From contig CAXXVK010000027.1 in NCBI GenBank assembly GCA_963676915.2, positions 1-64,000 of the forward strand: 64,000 bases of DNA, given 5' to 3'. This DNA is from Myxococcota bacterium (GTDB lineage: Bacteria; Myxococcota_A; SURF-8; G963663525). The position numbers were made by a program, and so were the translations under genes. This document shows positions 45,808-56,850 of the stretch, one piece after another (within the stretch, counting starts at the first letter, position 1; every line of letters begins with the position of its first letter). The notes beneath the pieces were generated by a model. It did no database searches and was not told where the DNA came from. It worked only from the letters and a program-made list of their open reading frames with translations.

Positions 45808-46305
45808 ATGAATAAAATCGTTATCTTGTTGATAATTCAAGCTTTTCTCGTGATTTCCTGCGAGGATGTCTGCGAGCACGAAAGCGACTTGAAAAGCGCC
45901 TACAAAACCGTCACGACGTGTGCGGCAGGCGATTCCTGCAAAGCCTACGTTCGTGTGGGAGACGGCTGCAGCTACGATTTCACGCCCTGGGAAGCCTGTG
46001 GCGTGATTGCCATCAACGAGAACTACGACGTTTTTGCTGAAGCCCAAAAACTCGACAGCCTGCACCGGTTGGCCTGCGATGGTTGTTTCAGCAAGGTCGC
46101 CCAATGCGCGTCCTGTGTCGAACCGGTCGCCGTGCGGAGCACCTGCGACGCCACCACCGGACGATGTACCGTCGAACTCGCCGACGATTGCCGAGACGAT
46201 GCCGATTGCCCTTATGGACGGGTCTGTTGTCCCGAAACCGAGGTCTGCACCTTGCTGAAGGATTGTCCGTCTCGTGCCGAGGAAGACGACACGGAAGAAG
46301 AATAG
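45808..46305 (+). CDS. Small cysteine-rich lipoprotein
   Basis: Lipobox LVISC, many Cys, CRDDADCP.GRVC motif. Confidence 0.65.
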   Translation: MNKIVILLIIQAFLVISCEDVCEHESDLKSAYKTVTTCAAGDSCKAYVRVGDGCSYDFTPWEACGVIAINENYDVFAEAQKLDSLHRLACDGCFSKVAQCASCVEPVAVRSTCDATTGRCTVELADDCRDDADCPYGRVCCPETEVCTLLKDCPSRAEEDDTEEE

Positions 46306-46330
46306 CCGAACGGGTGGTGGTAGGAGAAAA

Positions 46331-47161
46331 CTACCAGCCGCCTCCCGCGCCACCGCCGCCGAATCCGCCACCACCTCCTCCACCGAAGGAACCGAATCCG
46401 CCGCCGCCGCCCCAGCCGCCGCGCCGCATTCCGCTGCCCAGCATCATGCCTGCGGCCATACCGGAACCACCGCGCCAGCGCCGCATTCCCATCATTCGAC
46501 GGGCACGGAAGATCCAGGACATCGGTCCCAGAATGAAAGCCAGCAGCACCAGAACCCAGTTGTAGCCTCCACGGCTTCTGCGGGCACCGCGAACCTTCGG
46601 CATCCCTTCAATGGCAACGTTATAATGCTTCGCCAGGCGATTCAGAACCGTAAGCGTTGCAACGGTGATTCCCTGGGAATATTTTCCCCGCTGAAACAGG
46701 GGAACGAGCGTTTCCCGGCCCACTTGTCCCAAGTAGCCGTCCGGCAAAACGCCTTCGAGTCCGTAACCCGTTTCGAAACGGTATTTTCGTTCTTTTTGCG
46801 CCACGAGAAACAAGAGGCCGTCGTCCTTGCCTTTTCGTCCCAGCTTCCAGCGTTCGGCCAATTCCAAAGCGAAGGTTTCTTTGGGAAGTCCGCCCATGTC
46901 GCCCACGGTGACGACGAGAAACTGCACGCCGGTTTTCTGTTCCAACTCCTGAAGAAAGCCGTTTAGGGATCGTTCTTCTCCAGGTTGGATCATATTCGCG
47001 CTATCGGTGACATAATGGGCCGGTTTGGCGGGAAACGACGCAACGGTTTCCGCCTGTACATTGGTTCCGACCATGCAAGAAATGAAAACAGCGAGAACGA
47101 AGGGAATCCACCCCGTCGAAACATGGAGCGTGGATCGTCTACAAAAATTCTTACAGCGCAT
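46331..47161 (-). CDS. TPM-domain (YgcG) membrane protein
   Basis: YVTDSAN, WKLGRKGKDDGLL, ETGYGLEGVLPD, C-terminal GGGGFGGGGAGGGW. Confidence 0.92.
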   Translation of the reverse strand: MRCKNFCRRSTLHVSTGWIPFVLAVFISCMVGTNVQAETVASFPAKPAHYVTDSANMIQPGEERSLNGFLQELEQKTGVQFLVVTVGDMGGLPKETFALELAERWKLGRKGKDDGLLFLVAQKERKYRFETGYGLEGVLPDGYLGQVGRETLVPLFQRGKYSQGITVATLTVLNRLAKHYNVAIEGMPKVRGARRSRGGYNWVLVLLAFILGPMSWIFRARRMMGMRRWRGGSGMAAGMMLGSGMRRGGWGGGGGFGSFGGGGGGGFGGGGAGGGW

Positions 47162-47891
47162 CGACCGTCTCCACCAGTTTGTTGAGGATGTTTTCCCACT
47201 GGGTAAACAGTTCACGAACCGACTTTTTGTCGGGCGTTCGTCCGGCTTTGTGATCTTCCCAGACACCGACGAACGGTCCGGCGTCGATACCCAGCGAATC
47301 GTGCAATTCCTCGGCACAGCGGGTGTTTCCGAATTCCGTCTGTTTTCCGTGAAGATGCAAAACGGCCCGAATCGTCGTGAAAAAATCGGGAACCTTTTCG
47401 GACATCCACTCTGCCAACCAACCGGCATCCCCGGCGGAATACAAATATCCCTGACGCATGTGCAGGCGCAATTCCCGCAGGCTTCGTTCGGTTTCGAGCC
47501 GCAGGTGTTCGCGGTCGATCTCGATGTTTTGCAGCAGGTCATCTCCGGCAAGCAGCACATGATGACTTTTCAAAGCCAATAGTTCGATGGGAAACACGTC
47601 CGTTGCCCCTCCCAGATAATCGGGAGTCAGCAGCATCGGTGCGCGAATCCCAGAGCGCCCAAAAGATTTTCCCAAAGCCGCCAGATGGTCGAGCAGGTCG
47701 GTCATTACATTCTCGTATACCAGCAACAGGTGGATTTCAGGGTTCTTTTCGCTGAATTCCCCTCGGGCGGACGGCCCGACCAGGTACGTCGCCAGCGGTT
47801 GGGCATCGGAAAAGGCACTTACTTTGTCCAAAAACGGCCCGAGTCTCGTAGAAACAACCTCGGGAACGGATTCGAAAGAAAAAACGGTCAC
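47151..47891 (-). CDS. Nucleotidyltransferase-fold protein of the type found in LemA/TPM clusters
   Basis: LVGPSARGEF, DVFPIELL......L.G.D.L, LRL..ER.LR. Confidence 0.72.
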   Translation of the reverse strand: MTVFSFESVPEVVSTRLGPFLDKVSAFSDAQPLATYLVGPSARGEFSEKNPEIHLLLVYENVMTDLLDHLAALGKSFGRSGIRAPMLLTPDYLGGATDVFPIELLALKSHHVLLAGDDLLQNIEIDREHLRLETERSLRELRLHMRQGYLYSAGDAGWLAEWMSEKVPDFFTTIRAVLHLHGKQTEFGNTRCAEELHDSLGIDAGPFVGVWEDHKAGRTPDKKSVRELFTQWENILNKLVETVDAL

Positions 47892-48121
47892 GGCGGAACT
47901 CTCTTTCTCCGCTTGCTGCGGATCGTCGGTCGATGTTTCTCTCGGCTCACACTATACAAAAGTATTCACAAATTGACCAATTCATGTCACAACGGGACGA
48001 AAGATGTGGAAATCGCACGGATTCGCATCTCGCACGAGCTTGGGGTATAATCCGTTTTTTCAAAGCCTTTGCGTAGCGAAGGTTCGATGCCGAACCTTCG
48101 GTCGATCGGGAAACATTGACC

Positions 48122-49852
48122 ATGGGCACTCTTAAAAGCAAACAACAACAGATTCAGCGATTGACCACGCTGATTCTGTTCCGAATCATCACCGTAACCG
48201 CCATTCTAGCGACCTCGGCGATCATGAGTTTTCGCTCGGCGGACTGGTGGACCCCGACCCAGCAGATCATGTTGAGCAGCATCGGCCTGATGTACCTGAT
48301 TTCCATCCTGTATCTTCTGGCCGTCAAATATAACGAAAACTTCCTGTTGCAGTCGATCGCCCAGATTTTCGGGGATTTGTTGTTCTGGTCCTGCATGGTC
48401 TACATCACCGGGGGATTGTCGAGTCCGTTCACGTTTTTATACAACCTGACGATCATCCTTTCCTCGCTGGTTTTCAGGAAACGCGGCATTGTAGGAACAA
48501 CGATAACGTCCTGCCTGATGCTGCTGGGTCTGACCTGGATGGAAAGCAATAAGATTTTCTTCGAGACGCTGCAATTGCAAAGCGCAACCGAAAGTCTGTT
48601 CGAAATCGAGGTGATCTATCGGTTTTTCCTCAATGTCTGCATGTTCAGCCTCATTGCCGTTTTATCGTATTACATCGCCGGTCAGGTTCGCAGCAGCGAG
48701 GATTCTCTGGTTCAACAGCAACTCAATCTCGACGAGCAAAAGCGGCTCAATCGCTCGATCATTCAGGGAATGCGTTCGGGATTGCTGATGGCCGGTCTCG
48801 ACGGAAAAATTCACTTCATCAACCGGGCTTTGCGTAAAATGGTCGGCAAAGAGGACGAAGACCTTCCCAACGATTTGATCGGACTTTTCCCGGTTTTGCG
48901 CGAATGTTTCCGTCTGGAGCAATGGGGAAGACCCTGGGCGCGGAAATTCGAGGGGGAAGTCAAGGTCGGAAACGATCGTAGATGGCTGTTTTTCCACTTC
49001 GCCGACCTGCTCGACGCGTTCAGCGAAAAAGACGGGATTTTGCTGATCGTCGAAGACCGCACCGAAACGCAACGTCTGAAAGAACGAATTTTCCAGAACG
49101 AAAAACTGGCGGCTTTGGGTAAACTGGCGGCGGGTATAGCCCATGAAATCCGCAATCCGCTGGCCAGCATTTCGGGATCGTTGCAGATGTTGCGCATGGA
49201 GTACGATACGGAAGACGACAACTCGCGTCTGATGGAAATCTCCCTGCAGGAAACCGAACGTCTCAATCGGCTGATCAACGACTTTTTGAGCTTCGCCCGA
49301 CCGATGGACCCCACCTTCGAAACGGTGGATCTCAAAGACGTTTTCGAGGAATTGAAACCTCTGATCAAGAACCAGGACATGGAACGGGACATCGAGGTGA
49401 CCTGGAGTACTCCACCGGACGTTTCCACCCGAATCGAAGCCGACAACGGGCAGATCCGGCAGATGATGTGGAACGTGATTTCCAACGCCATTCATGCGCT
49501 CAAACGAGGTGCCGGAACCGAAGGTGAGGCGCCTCGGGTGGATGTGATGGCGATGGTGGACCCGGAATACGATATCATCGGCGGGCGGCTGTTGCTCGCC
49601 ATTCAGGACAACGGCTGCGGAATGAGTGCGGACGTGGTAGAGAAACTGTTCGATCCTTTCTTTACCACACGAGCCGAAGGATCGGGGTTGGGGATGTCGA
49701 TCGTTTTCCAGATTATCGAAGCCCATCACGGGACGATCGAAATCGACTCCGAACCCGGTCGGGGCACCACGATGCTGATTCGCCTTCCTCGAAGTCAGCA
49801 GGATAGCGATATGGCCAATTCCTCTACGCAGCGAATCAAGGTGGTTTCATGA
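48122..49852 (+). CDS. pilS: Membrane sensor histidine kinase PilS
   Basis: Six TM helices with ITGG.SSPF..LY, PAS, AAGIAHEIRNPLASISG, N/G boxes; overlaps pilR. Confidence 0.85.
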   Translation: MGTLKSKQQQIQRLTTLILFRIITVTAILATSAIMSFRSADWWTPTQQIMLSSIGLMYLISILYLLAVKYNENFLLQSIAQIFGDLLFWSCMVYITGGLSSPFTFLYNLTIILSSLVFRKRGIVGTTITSCLMLLGLTWMESNKIFFETLQLQSATESLFEIEVIYRFFLNVCMFSLIAVLSYYIAGQVRSSEDSLVQQQLNLDEQKRLNRSIIQGMRSGLLMAGLDGKIHFINRALRKMVGKEDEDLPNDLIGLFPVLRECFRLEQWGRPWARKFEGEVKVGNDRRWLFFHFADLLDAFSEKDGILLIVEDRTETQRLKERIFQNEKLAALGKLAAGIAHEIRNPLASISGSLQMLRMEYDTEDDNSRLMEISLQETERLNRLINDFLSFARPMDPTFETVDLKDVFEELKPLIKNQDMERDIEVTWSTPPDVSTRIEADNGQIRQMMWNVISNAIHALKRGAGTEGEAPRVDVMAMVDPEYDIIGGRLLLAIQDNGCGMSADVVEKLFDPFFTTRAEGSGLGMSIVFQIIEAHHGTIEIDSEPGRGTTMLIRLPRSQQDSDMANSSTQRIKVVS

Positions 49853-51279
49853 AACGAGCACGCATACTGATCGTCGATGACGAACAGAGCATGAGAGATT
49901 TTCTGCGGATTTTTTTCGCCAAGCAGGGTTACGACGCCATCGTTGCAGAAAACGGCGTGGATGCGTTGGAAAAAATCAAGCAAGAGCATTTCGATCTGGT
50001 AATGAGCGATATTCGAATGCCCGAAATGGACGGCATGCGGCTGCTGAACGAAGTACGTAATTTTTCGGACAGCTTGCAGGTCATCATCATGACGGCGTAC
50101 GGCTCCACTTCAGACGCGATCAAGGCGATGAAATTCGGAGCCTACGATTACATCACCAAGCCATTCCAACTCGAAGAAGTTCGGGTAACCGTTGAAAAAG
50201 CCCTGGAAAAAACGGAATTACTCAAGGAAAACCGCAATTTAAAAGAAGAACTGGACGACCGCTTCCGGGTCAATCGCATCATCGGTAAATCGAAAGCGAT
50301 GGAGGACGTTTTTTCGATGATCCGCAAGGTTGCGGACACCAAAACGAACATCCTGATTTCCGGGGAAAGCGGAACGGGAAAAGAGTTGGCGGCGCGTGCG
50401 ATCCATGGGAATTCCAACCGCAAAGATCGTCCTTTCGTGTCGGTCAACTGCGGAGCGATTCCCGGAGAATTGATGGAAAGCGAGCTGTTCGGTCACAAAC
50501 AAGGATCGTTCACCGGGGCAATCAAAGACAAAGACGGCCTGTTCCTCGCCGCCGATGGAGGAACGATTTTCCTGGATGAAATCGGGGAGTTACCGCTGCA
50601 ACTGCAAGTCAAGCTGCTGCGTGCCTTGCAAGAGCGGAAAATCATGCCCGTGGGCGATACCAAGGAAAAAACCATCGACACCCGCGTTTTAGCGGCAACC
50701 AACCGGGATCTGAAAGAACAGGTGGCGAGAGGGCTGTTTCGCGAGGATCTGTACTACCGGCTGAACGTGATTCAGATTCACCTTCCCCCACTGACCGAGC
50801 GTCGCGACGACATCCCGCTGCTGGTGCGGCATTTCGTGACGAAATATTCTAAAGAAATGGGATTGGAGCCGTTGCGGGTTTCCGAAGCGGCGATGATGAT
50901 TTTAAGCGGCCACGATTATCCCGGAAACGTGCGGGAGCTGGCCAATATCGTCGAACGGGCCGTAACGTTGGAAACCACCGAAAGTATTCGTCCGGAATCT
51001 CTGCCGCCGTCGTTGCTCGAACGCTTCGACCTGGAGCAGCCCGAAGAACCTGTCGCCGTCGGTCGTCAGCCGATTATCCCCGAAATGGGTGTGACATTGG
51101 ATTCGGTGCTGGAGCAGATCGAGCGGGAATATCTCGTCGAAGCGCTTGAAAATGCCAAAGGCGTGAAGAAAACGGCGGCGGACCTGTTGGGGATCAGTTT
51201 CCGATCCTTGCGATATCGTTTAAAAAAACTCGATCTCGAATCCAACGGCTCGGCAACGGTCAACGGAAAACTCAAATAA
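49849..51279 (+). CDS. pilR: Sigma54-dependent response regulator PilR
   Basis: Receiver domain, GESGTGKE, GSFTGA, FLDEIG, HTH LLGISFRSLRYRLKKL. Confidence 0.88.
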   Translation: MKRARILIVDDEQSMRDFLRIFFAKQGYDAIVAENGVDALEKIKQEHFDLVMSDIRMPEMDGMRLLNEVRNFSDSLQVIIMTAYGSTSDAIKAMKFGAYDYITKPFQLEEVRVTVEKALEKTELLKENRNLKEELDDRFRVNRIIGKSKAMEDVFSMIRKVADTKTNILISGESGTGKELAARAIHGNSNRKDRPFVSVNCGAIPGELMESELFGHKQGSFTGAIKDKDGLFLAADGGTIFLDEIGELPLQLQVKLLRALQERKIMPVGDTKEKTIDTRVLAATNRDLKEQVARGLFREDLYYRLNVIQIHLPPLTERRDDIPLLVRHFVTKYSKEMGLEPLRVSEAAMMILSGHDYPGNVRELANIVERAVTLETTESIRPESLPPSLLERFDLEQPEEPVAVGRQPIIPEMGVTLDSVLEQIEREYLVEALENAKGVKKTAADLLGISFRSLRYRLKKLDLESNGSATVNGKLK

Positions 51280-51288
51280 GGAGCAGGC

Positions 51289-52161
51289 GTGAATTTCTTT
51301 GCCATCATGTCCGTGTTCGCCTTCTTTTTCGGATCGGCGGTCGGCAGTTTCCTCAACGTGGTGATTTACAGGCTTCCGCTGGGACGTTCCGTCGTTCGGC
51401 CTCGTTCGGCCTGTCCGGGTTGTAGCGCTCCGATTGCCTGGTACGACAACATTCCCATTTTCAGTTGGGTGATCCTGGGAGCCAAATGCCGACGTTGCAA
51501 GACACCGATATCGATCCAGTACCCGTTGATAGAATTGCTTTGCGGCACGTTGGCGCTGGCCTGTTTCATGCGCTATGGCGTCAGTATCGATACCGTCGCT
51601 TATTTCCTGTTTTGTGCCGGTCTGGTCGCAGCAACGTTTATCGATCTGCCGTACCAGATCATCCCCGACGAAATCTCCATCGGAGGTACGGTGTTGGGGC
51701 TGGCGGTCAGTCCGTTCACCAAAGAAGTCGGCGTGACCGATGCCTTTTTGGGGGCAGGAATCGGATTTTTCCTGATCGCCGGGATCATTCTGGCCTATTA
51801 CCTGATTCGCAAAACCGAAGGCATGGGCATGGGTGACGCCAAGCTGCTGGCGATGATCGGCGCATTCCTCGGTTGGCAATCGCTGCTTTTTATTCTCGTC
51901 GCTTCGTCGATCCAAGGACTGGTCGCCTCGCTGGTGTCGTTCAAACTGGGCTGGATGAAAAAAGCGCCGCCGTTGCCCGATCCTGCCGAGGTCGAGGCGG
52001 ATGGACCACTTGAAGCGGAAGACGAGCAGGAAGTGTCCTTGGGTCAGGCGGCGGTGCCCTTCGGTCCGTTTCTGGCGCTCGCCGCGCTGGAATGGCTGTT
52101 TTTCCGAGGAGATATCGCAAGCATGTACCTGGGATTGTTGACGGGCAACGGCCCGCTGTGA
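51289..52161 (+). CDS. pilD: Type IV prepilin peptidase/methyltransferase
   Basis: GSFLNVVIYRLP, CPGC/CRRC, FID, GMGMGDAKL, PFGPFL. Confidence 0.95.
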   Translation: MNFFAIMSVFAFFFGSAVGSFLNVVIYRLPLGRSVVRPRSACPGCSAPIAWYDNIPIFSWVILGAKCRRCKTPISIQYPLIELLCGTLALACFMRYGVSIDTVAYFLFCAGLVAATFIDLPYQIIPDEISIGGTVLGLAVSPFTKEVGVTDAFLGAGIGFFLIAGIILAYYLIRKTEGMGMGDAKLLAMIGAFLGWQSLLFILVASSIQGLVASLVSFKLGWMKKAPPLPDPAEVEADGPLEAEDEQEVSLGQAAVPFGPFLALAALEWLFFRGDIASMYLGLLTGNGPL

Positions 52162-52261
52162 GACAATTCGAACGACGTGCCAAAATGTCCAATGTCGTGC
52201 GAAAATAGAATGAAAAGCTGCCGATTCCGCCGTTTACGGAATTCCGCAGCAAAACGCCTAC

Positions 52262-53923
52262 GTGGTGTATCGAAAGGATAAACGTCCGCTGAATCGTTTG
52301 TTCTCCAGCATCCAGCAGAGGTTGGGTCTCAACACCCTGCGCTTTCAACTCACCGTGAGTATCATGCTGGTGATGCTCGCCGCCGTGATGTTGATGGGTC
52401 TGGTTTTGTTGAACATAACCCGCAATATTTTCGTAGAAGAGAAAAGCGCCCAAACCTACGCTGTCGGCAGTGCCGTTCAGGAGGGGTTGCGCGAAATCAC
52501 CGAGAATAATCTGCACGCTTCGGCCAAACGAATGGGGCGCGAACTCTATCATCCCCAAACCTTTTATTCCATCACCTTTCTCGACCTCAATGACCGAGTG
52601 CTGTGGTCCAACCTGGAGATGTCTCAGTGGGGAATTTTCGTCAATACCCTTACGCATTATCGAAACCGTAGCCTGCGAAGAGTTCAGCAGGAGTTCGTCG
52701 AACATCCCCTGACCGGTGAAAGCCTGCTGGTGACGCATGTGCCCTGGATGTCCCACCGACGGATCGTCGGCTGGGTACAACTGACCTTCCCTCTGTTCAC
52801 CGAACGACAGCAGATGCTGTTTTCGGGGCGTCTCGTGCTGGTATACGCTATCGGTTTTTCGCTGCTATTGGCGTTTTTCGGAACGTTCGTGTTCAACCGG
52901 ATGGTGGTCTACCCGCTCGAAAAACTGACCCAGGCGACCCGAGATCTGGCGATGGGCCATAGCGTGGAACCGCTCGTTATGGATAGTTACAACGAGTTGG
53001 GTCGGCTGGCCGAGTCGTTCAACATCATGGCCGAGCAGTTGACGCAACGCGAGATGGAGTTGGACCGCCGTATCGAGGCCCAGGTGAAAATCAACGAAAC
53101 TCTGGAAGTCACCCGACAAGGGCTGATTCGCTCGGAAAAACTGGCTTCGGTCGGCAGTCTCGCGGCGGGTGTGGCCCACGAGGTGGGCAATCCTTTGCAG
53201 GCGATTTTAGGATACGTGGGAATTCTCAAAGACGGCGGAGTCGACGACGCCTTGCAACAGGACATTTTGCAGCGAATCGAAAATGACATCAGCCGCATTC
53301 ACGAAATCATCAGCGGACTGCTTTCCTATTCCCGTAGTGGCACGGGAAAGCCTTCGAGCGTGGATCTCAATGAAATCATTAAAGAAACTCTCGAAATGAT
53401 TCAGTTGCAGCAGCAGTTCAAGAATGTGGAATTCGACTACCAGTCGATTCTTCGTCCGGCGATGGTGCGGCTCGTACCGGGACAGTTGCAACAGGTGCTG
53501 GTGAATCTGTTTCTCAATGCTGCTCAAGCCATGGATAACGAAGGCCAGATCCAGATTTTCGTCGAGGGTGTGGATTACGATCCTCAACTGACGTTTCGGC
53601 AGCGAGGACAGCGATTCAAAGCCGGGCAACAGCTTGTCAGTTTGGCAGTCATGGACAACGGTCCCGGTATCTCGGAGGAAATTCAGGGAAGACTGTTCGA
53701 TCCGTTTTTCACGACGAAGGAAGTCGGACAAGGCACGGGACTAGGGTTGAGTGTCTGCGATTCGATCGTGGACTTTTTCGGGGGAAGTATCGACGTGCAG
53801 AGCCGTCCCGGAGAAGGGTCGACCTTCATCATCTTATTGCCATTGGATAACGAACTGGCTGCCGAACTGGACGAGTTGTCCGTGGAACTCGAGTCTGTGA
53901 CCCTGGAGCCTTCCGACGGGTGA
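52262..53923 (+). CDS. HAMP-domain sensor histidine kinase (PilS2-like)
   Basis: Two TM helices, HAMP (ELGRLAESFN.M), AAGVAHEVGNPL, DPFFTTK.VGQGTGLGL; follows pilD. Confidence 0.88.
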   Translation: MVYRKDKRPLNRLFSSIQQRLGLNTLRFQLTVSIMLVMLAAVMLMGLVLLNITRNIFVEEKSAQTYAVGSAVQEGLREITENNLHASAKRMGRELYHPQTFYSITFLDLNDRVLWSNLEMSQWGIFVNTLTHYRNRSLRRVQQEFVEHPLTGESLLVTHVPWMSHRRIVGWVQLTFPLFTERQQMLFSGRLVLVYAIGFSLLLAFFGTFVFNRMVVYPLEKLTQATRDLAMGHSVEPLVMDSYNELGRLAESFNIMAEQLTQREMELDRRIEAQVKINETLEVTRQGLIRSEKLASVGSLAAGVAHEVGNPLQAILGYVGILKDGGVDDALQQDILQRIENDISRIHEIISGLLSYSRSGTGKPSSVDLNEIIKETLEMIQLQQQFKNVEFDYQSILRPAMVRLVPGQLQQVLVNLFLNAAQAMDNEGQIQIFVEGVDYDPQLTFRQRGQRFKAGQQLVSLAVMDNGPGISEEIQGRLFDPFFTTKEVGQGTGLGLSVCDSIVDFFGGSIDVQSRPGEGSTFIILLPLDNELAAELDELSVELESVTLEPSDG

Positions 53924-53947
53924 GGAAGCCTAATAACCGACTATATC

Positions 53948-55360
53948 CTAAAATTGCGCGTAGACGAAAGGCTGGAATTCTTTCGGGAAAAAGACGATAA
54001 CCAGCCAGATCAACGCCAACAGCACGGCAGGGGTAAGGCGCGAATTCAGCGGCACGGTGACGATTCGGACTTTCAACACGACCAGCAGGTGGAACAATCC
54101 CGATGCCAGGAGAATAAATGCAACGAACGGATGGGTCCAACCCACGCCGGTTGTGTCGAACATGAACAGCTTGCCGATGATGAAAAAGGCCTGATCGATG
54201 CTCTCCGCCCGAAAAAATACCCAACACAGTGACACCGCCAGAAAAGTCCAGGTCCAGGCAACGAAGGTATAGGTCCGTGGAAAACGTTCGAGGGTTCGAC
54301 GGCGGAGCGATTGCTCTTTCCAGTGGTGGTTGCCGACCAGTAGCAGGCCATGAAGAAAACCCCACAACACGAAGGTCCAGGCCGCACCGTGCCACAGACC
54401 ACAAAGCGTCATCGCCACCAGCAGATTGACGTACTTTCGGCCTTTACCGTGCCGGTTTCCGCCCAGCGGGATGTAAAGATAGTCTCGAATCCACTCCGAC
54501 AAGGTGATATGCCAACGTCGCCAGAAGTCACTGAAATTTTTGGAAATATACGGAAAATCGAAATTCTTTTCGATCTGTAGCCCCATCATTTTACCCAGAC
54601 CGATGGCCATACTCGAATATCCTGCAAAATCGCAATAAATCTGGAGATCGTAGGCCAACACCGCCTGCCAGGTGGTGAAGGTATCGAAAACCTGATGGTT
54701 GGAATAAAAATAATTGACGAAATACGCCACCTTATCGGCAACGAACACTTTCATGAAAAGACCGACCACGAACAGTCGCAGACCTTGGTAGAGGTTATGG
54801 GCCGAGAGGTCGAGGTTGTCCAACTGGGGCAGAAATTTCCCGGCTCTCGAAATCGGTCCCGAGACGATGATCGGGAAAAACGTGCCGTACACCAGGAAAT
54901 CCAAGAGCCGTTCCCGTGAAGCGTCGGTCTGCGGACCTTTCCGATAGATATCTACGAGGTAACTGATGAAGCGAAAAGCATAAAAAGAAACTCCGATCGG
55001 CGCCAGTATGCGTAACGCACCGAAAGCCGGGTCGTCACCGGCAAAAAGCTCTCCAAGACTTTCGAGGAAAAAGTTGAAGTATTTGAAATAAAACAGGATT
55101 CCCGTATTGAACACGATGCCTGCAATCAGCAGTCCTTTTCGAGCGCGTGGCGTTTCGATCCGTCGAAGTCCCTGGCCCACTCCATAGGTTGCAAGGATAA
55201 TTCCGTAGAGCAGCCCCAGAAAACGAAGGTCGAAAAACGCGTAAAAATAGCTGCTTGCCAGTAGTAACACCACTTTTCGGAACGTGGCGTGTTTCACGAG
55301 ATAAAGGGGAAGAAGAATCCCGAGCAGCAGCAGATAAAATTCGATCTGGGTGAATGCCAT
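53948..55360 (-). CDS. MBOAT O-acyltransferase (AlgI/PatA-like)
   Basis: PIGVSFY.F..ISY.VD, SGPI.R, DFAGYS, FWRRWHITLSEWIRDYLYIPLGG, GLWHGA. Confidence 0.95.
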   Translation of the reverse strand: MAFTQIEFYLLLLGILLPLYLVKHATFRKVVLLLASSYFYAFFDLRFLGLLYGIILATYGVGQGLRRIETPRARKGLLIAGIVFNTGILFYFKYFNFFLESLGELFAGDDPAFGALRILAPIGVSFYAFRFISYLVDIYRKGPQTDASRERLLDFLVYGTFFPIIVSGPISRAGKFLPQLDNLDLSAHNLYQGLRLFVVGLFMKVFVADKVAYFVNYFYSNHQVFDTFTTWQAVLAYDLQIYCDFAGYSSMAIGLGKMMGLQIEKNFDFPYISKNFSDFWRRWHITLSEWIRDYLYIPLGGNRHGKGRKYVNLLVAMTLCGLWHGAAWTFVLWGFLHGLLLVGNHHWKEQSLRRRTLERFPRTYTFVAWTWTFLAVSLCWVFFRAESIDQAFFIIGKLFMFDTTGVGWTHPFVAFILLASGLFHLLVVLKVRIVTVPLNSRLTPAVLLALIWLVIVFFPKEFQPFVYAQF

Positions 55361-56468
55361 TTACAATATGCCTTCTCGAAGAGCGTGCTCGGTGATCGCT
55401 TCGGAAACGAGGTCATGTCCGAAACGATTGAAATGTCCTTCTCCGGGTTTGGAATTCGGAAACCCTCGGGGGAATTGTCCCGTTTTCTTGTAGAATTCCA
55501 GAAACCGACCGGAGAGATCCACAACCGAAATCCCAGCCTTGCGGGCCAGAGCGGCGAAGGCGGCAACCTCGTTGGCGTGAGGATCGGTTGTTACGATGGT
55601 TCCGTTTTCGATAAACGGAATCGTCGGACAAACCACGAAAACCAGTGGAAGCCGGGTTTGTTGCTTCAGTTTTTCGAATAAAAAGGTCCAGGCTTGTTTT
55701 TGAAAAGCCGGAGATGGTTTGTTTTCGTTGGAGATAATCGAAGAAGTGTGTTGAGGAAACGATGGGATCAATGTGAGATTTTTTATTGAACGCATCACCG
55801 AACGGGCAGGTTCCCACAGGAAATACAATCCCAAGGAATTGAGTCTTTTTTTGATTCCCTGGAATTTCGGAGGCGACTCGACGAAAGACAGCCGGAAAGG
55901 ATGGGAGGTAAAAACGCCTCGGATGGTGTCGTCCGCCTGATCGGGAAGCGTGTCACGAACGTCTGTGATGAGTATGTAATGAGCTTTGATGTTCCGAGCC
56001 AGTTTTTTCGTATTTCGGCAGGTCGAAATAGTAATCCGCCACGCTGTCGCCGCTCATGCCGACCGCAAACGCCATGGCTTTATCTCCCAACCCTCTCTCC
56101 ACGAGTCGTTGCGTAACCCGTTGCGGAATTTTCAAGGGGTCGTCTACCTGGTGGGCTTCCACGAAGGAATCTCCCCACACAACAAGCTTTTCCTGTTTGG
56201 TGTCGCGAATATCCTCGATGGCGTTGATACCGAATCGTCCTTTGTAGGTTGTGGCTACCCCTTCGCTACGGTGACGATAGATCAATCCGTGGGCATTTAC
56301 GAATTTATCCAGCGTTTTATCGAATTCGACATACAGCAGTGAGTTACAGAAGAGGTATCCGACAATCCAAATAAATGCGAACGAAACGACAAAAGCCGCG
56401 ATCCATCGCATTATAATGTGCAAGATCGTGCCGCTACCTTCGTGCATCGATTGTGTTTCATTCGACAT
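55361..56468 (-). CDS. SGNH-fold O-acyltransferase partner (AlgJ/AlgX-like); apparent frameshift ~56005
   Basis: N-terminal TM and WGDSFVEA in ORF 55953..56471; GHFNRFGH in ORF 55361..55834; one extra A in an A6 run separates them. Confidence 0.8.
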
Positions 56469-56850
56469 CAAAACCCCATCGTAACATTCGAATCCCGTTG
56501 GGTGTGAAGTGAGACAAGACTATGAAATTGTCGAAGAATGTCAAGAGCATTGATCTTATTGCAGAAAAAACGCACCCGCTCGGCAAAGGGAGTTATCGGA
56601 TGTCTACCTGCTTGACGGATCGGGCTATCGTAGTACACTGGGGTGAATACTTTCTGACCGGTCCGTGCAAAACGGTCCCGACAATCGTATGAAATTCGAA
56701 AAAAAAGCGTTGAAAATCGGCTTGCAAGTTCCTTAAAACGGGTTACGTTGGAAACGTGCATAGAACTAGAATGAAAAACAAACGGCGGGGAGGAAACGAA
56801 AAGAAGACATTTCTTTTCCAGTTTCGATCTACCGCCGGAAATGAAAAAGC

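Noticed and set aside
46330-46420. CCG/CCA trinucleotide-like repeat
   Set aside because: Encodes the normal Gly-rich tail of the TPM protein
56825-56836. GGCGGTAG ops-like element on the minus strand upstream of SGNH/MBOAT (also at ~18535)
   Set aside because: An 8-mer is expected by chance in 64 kb; no JUMPstart context
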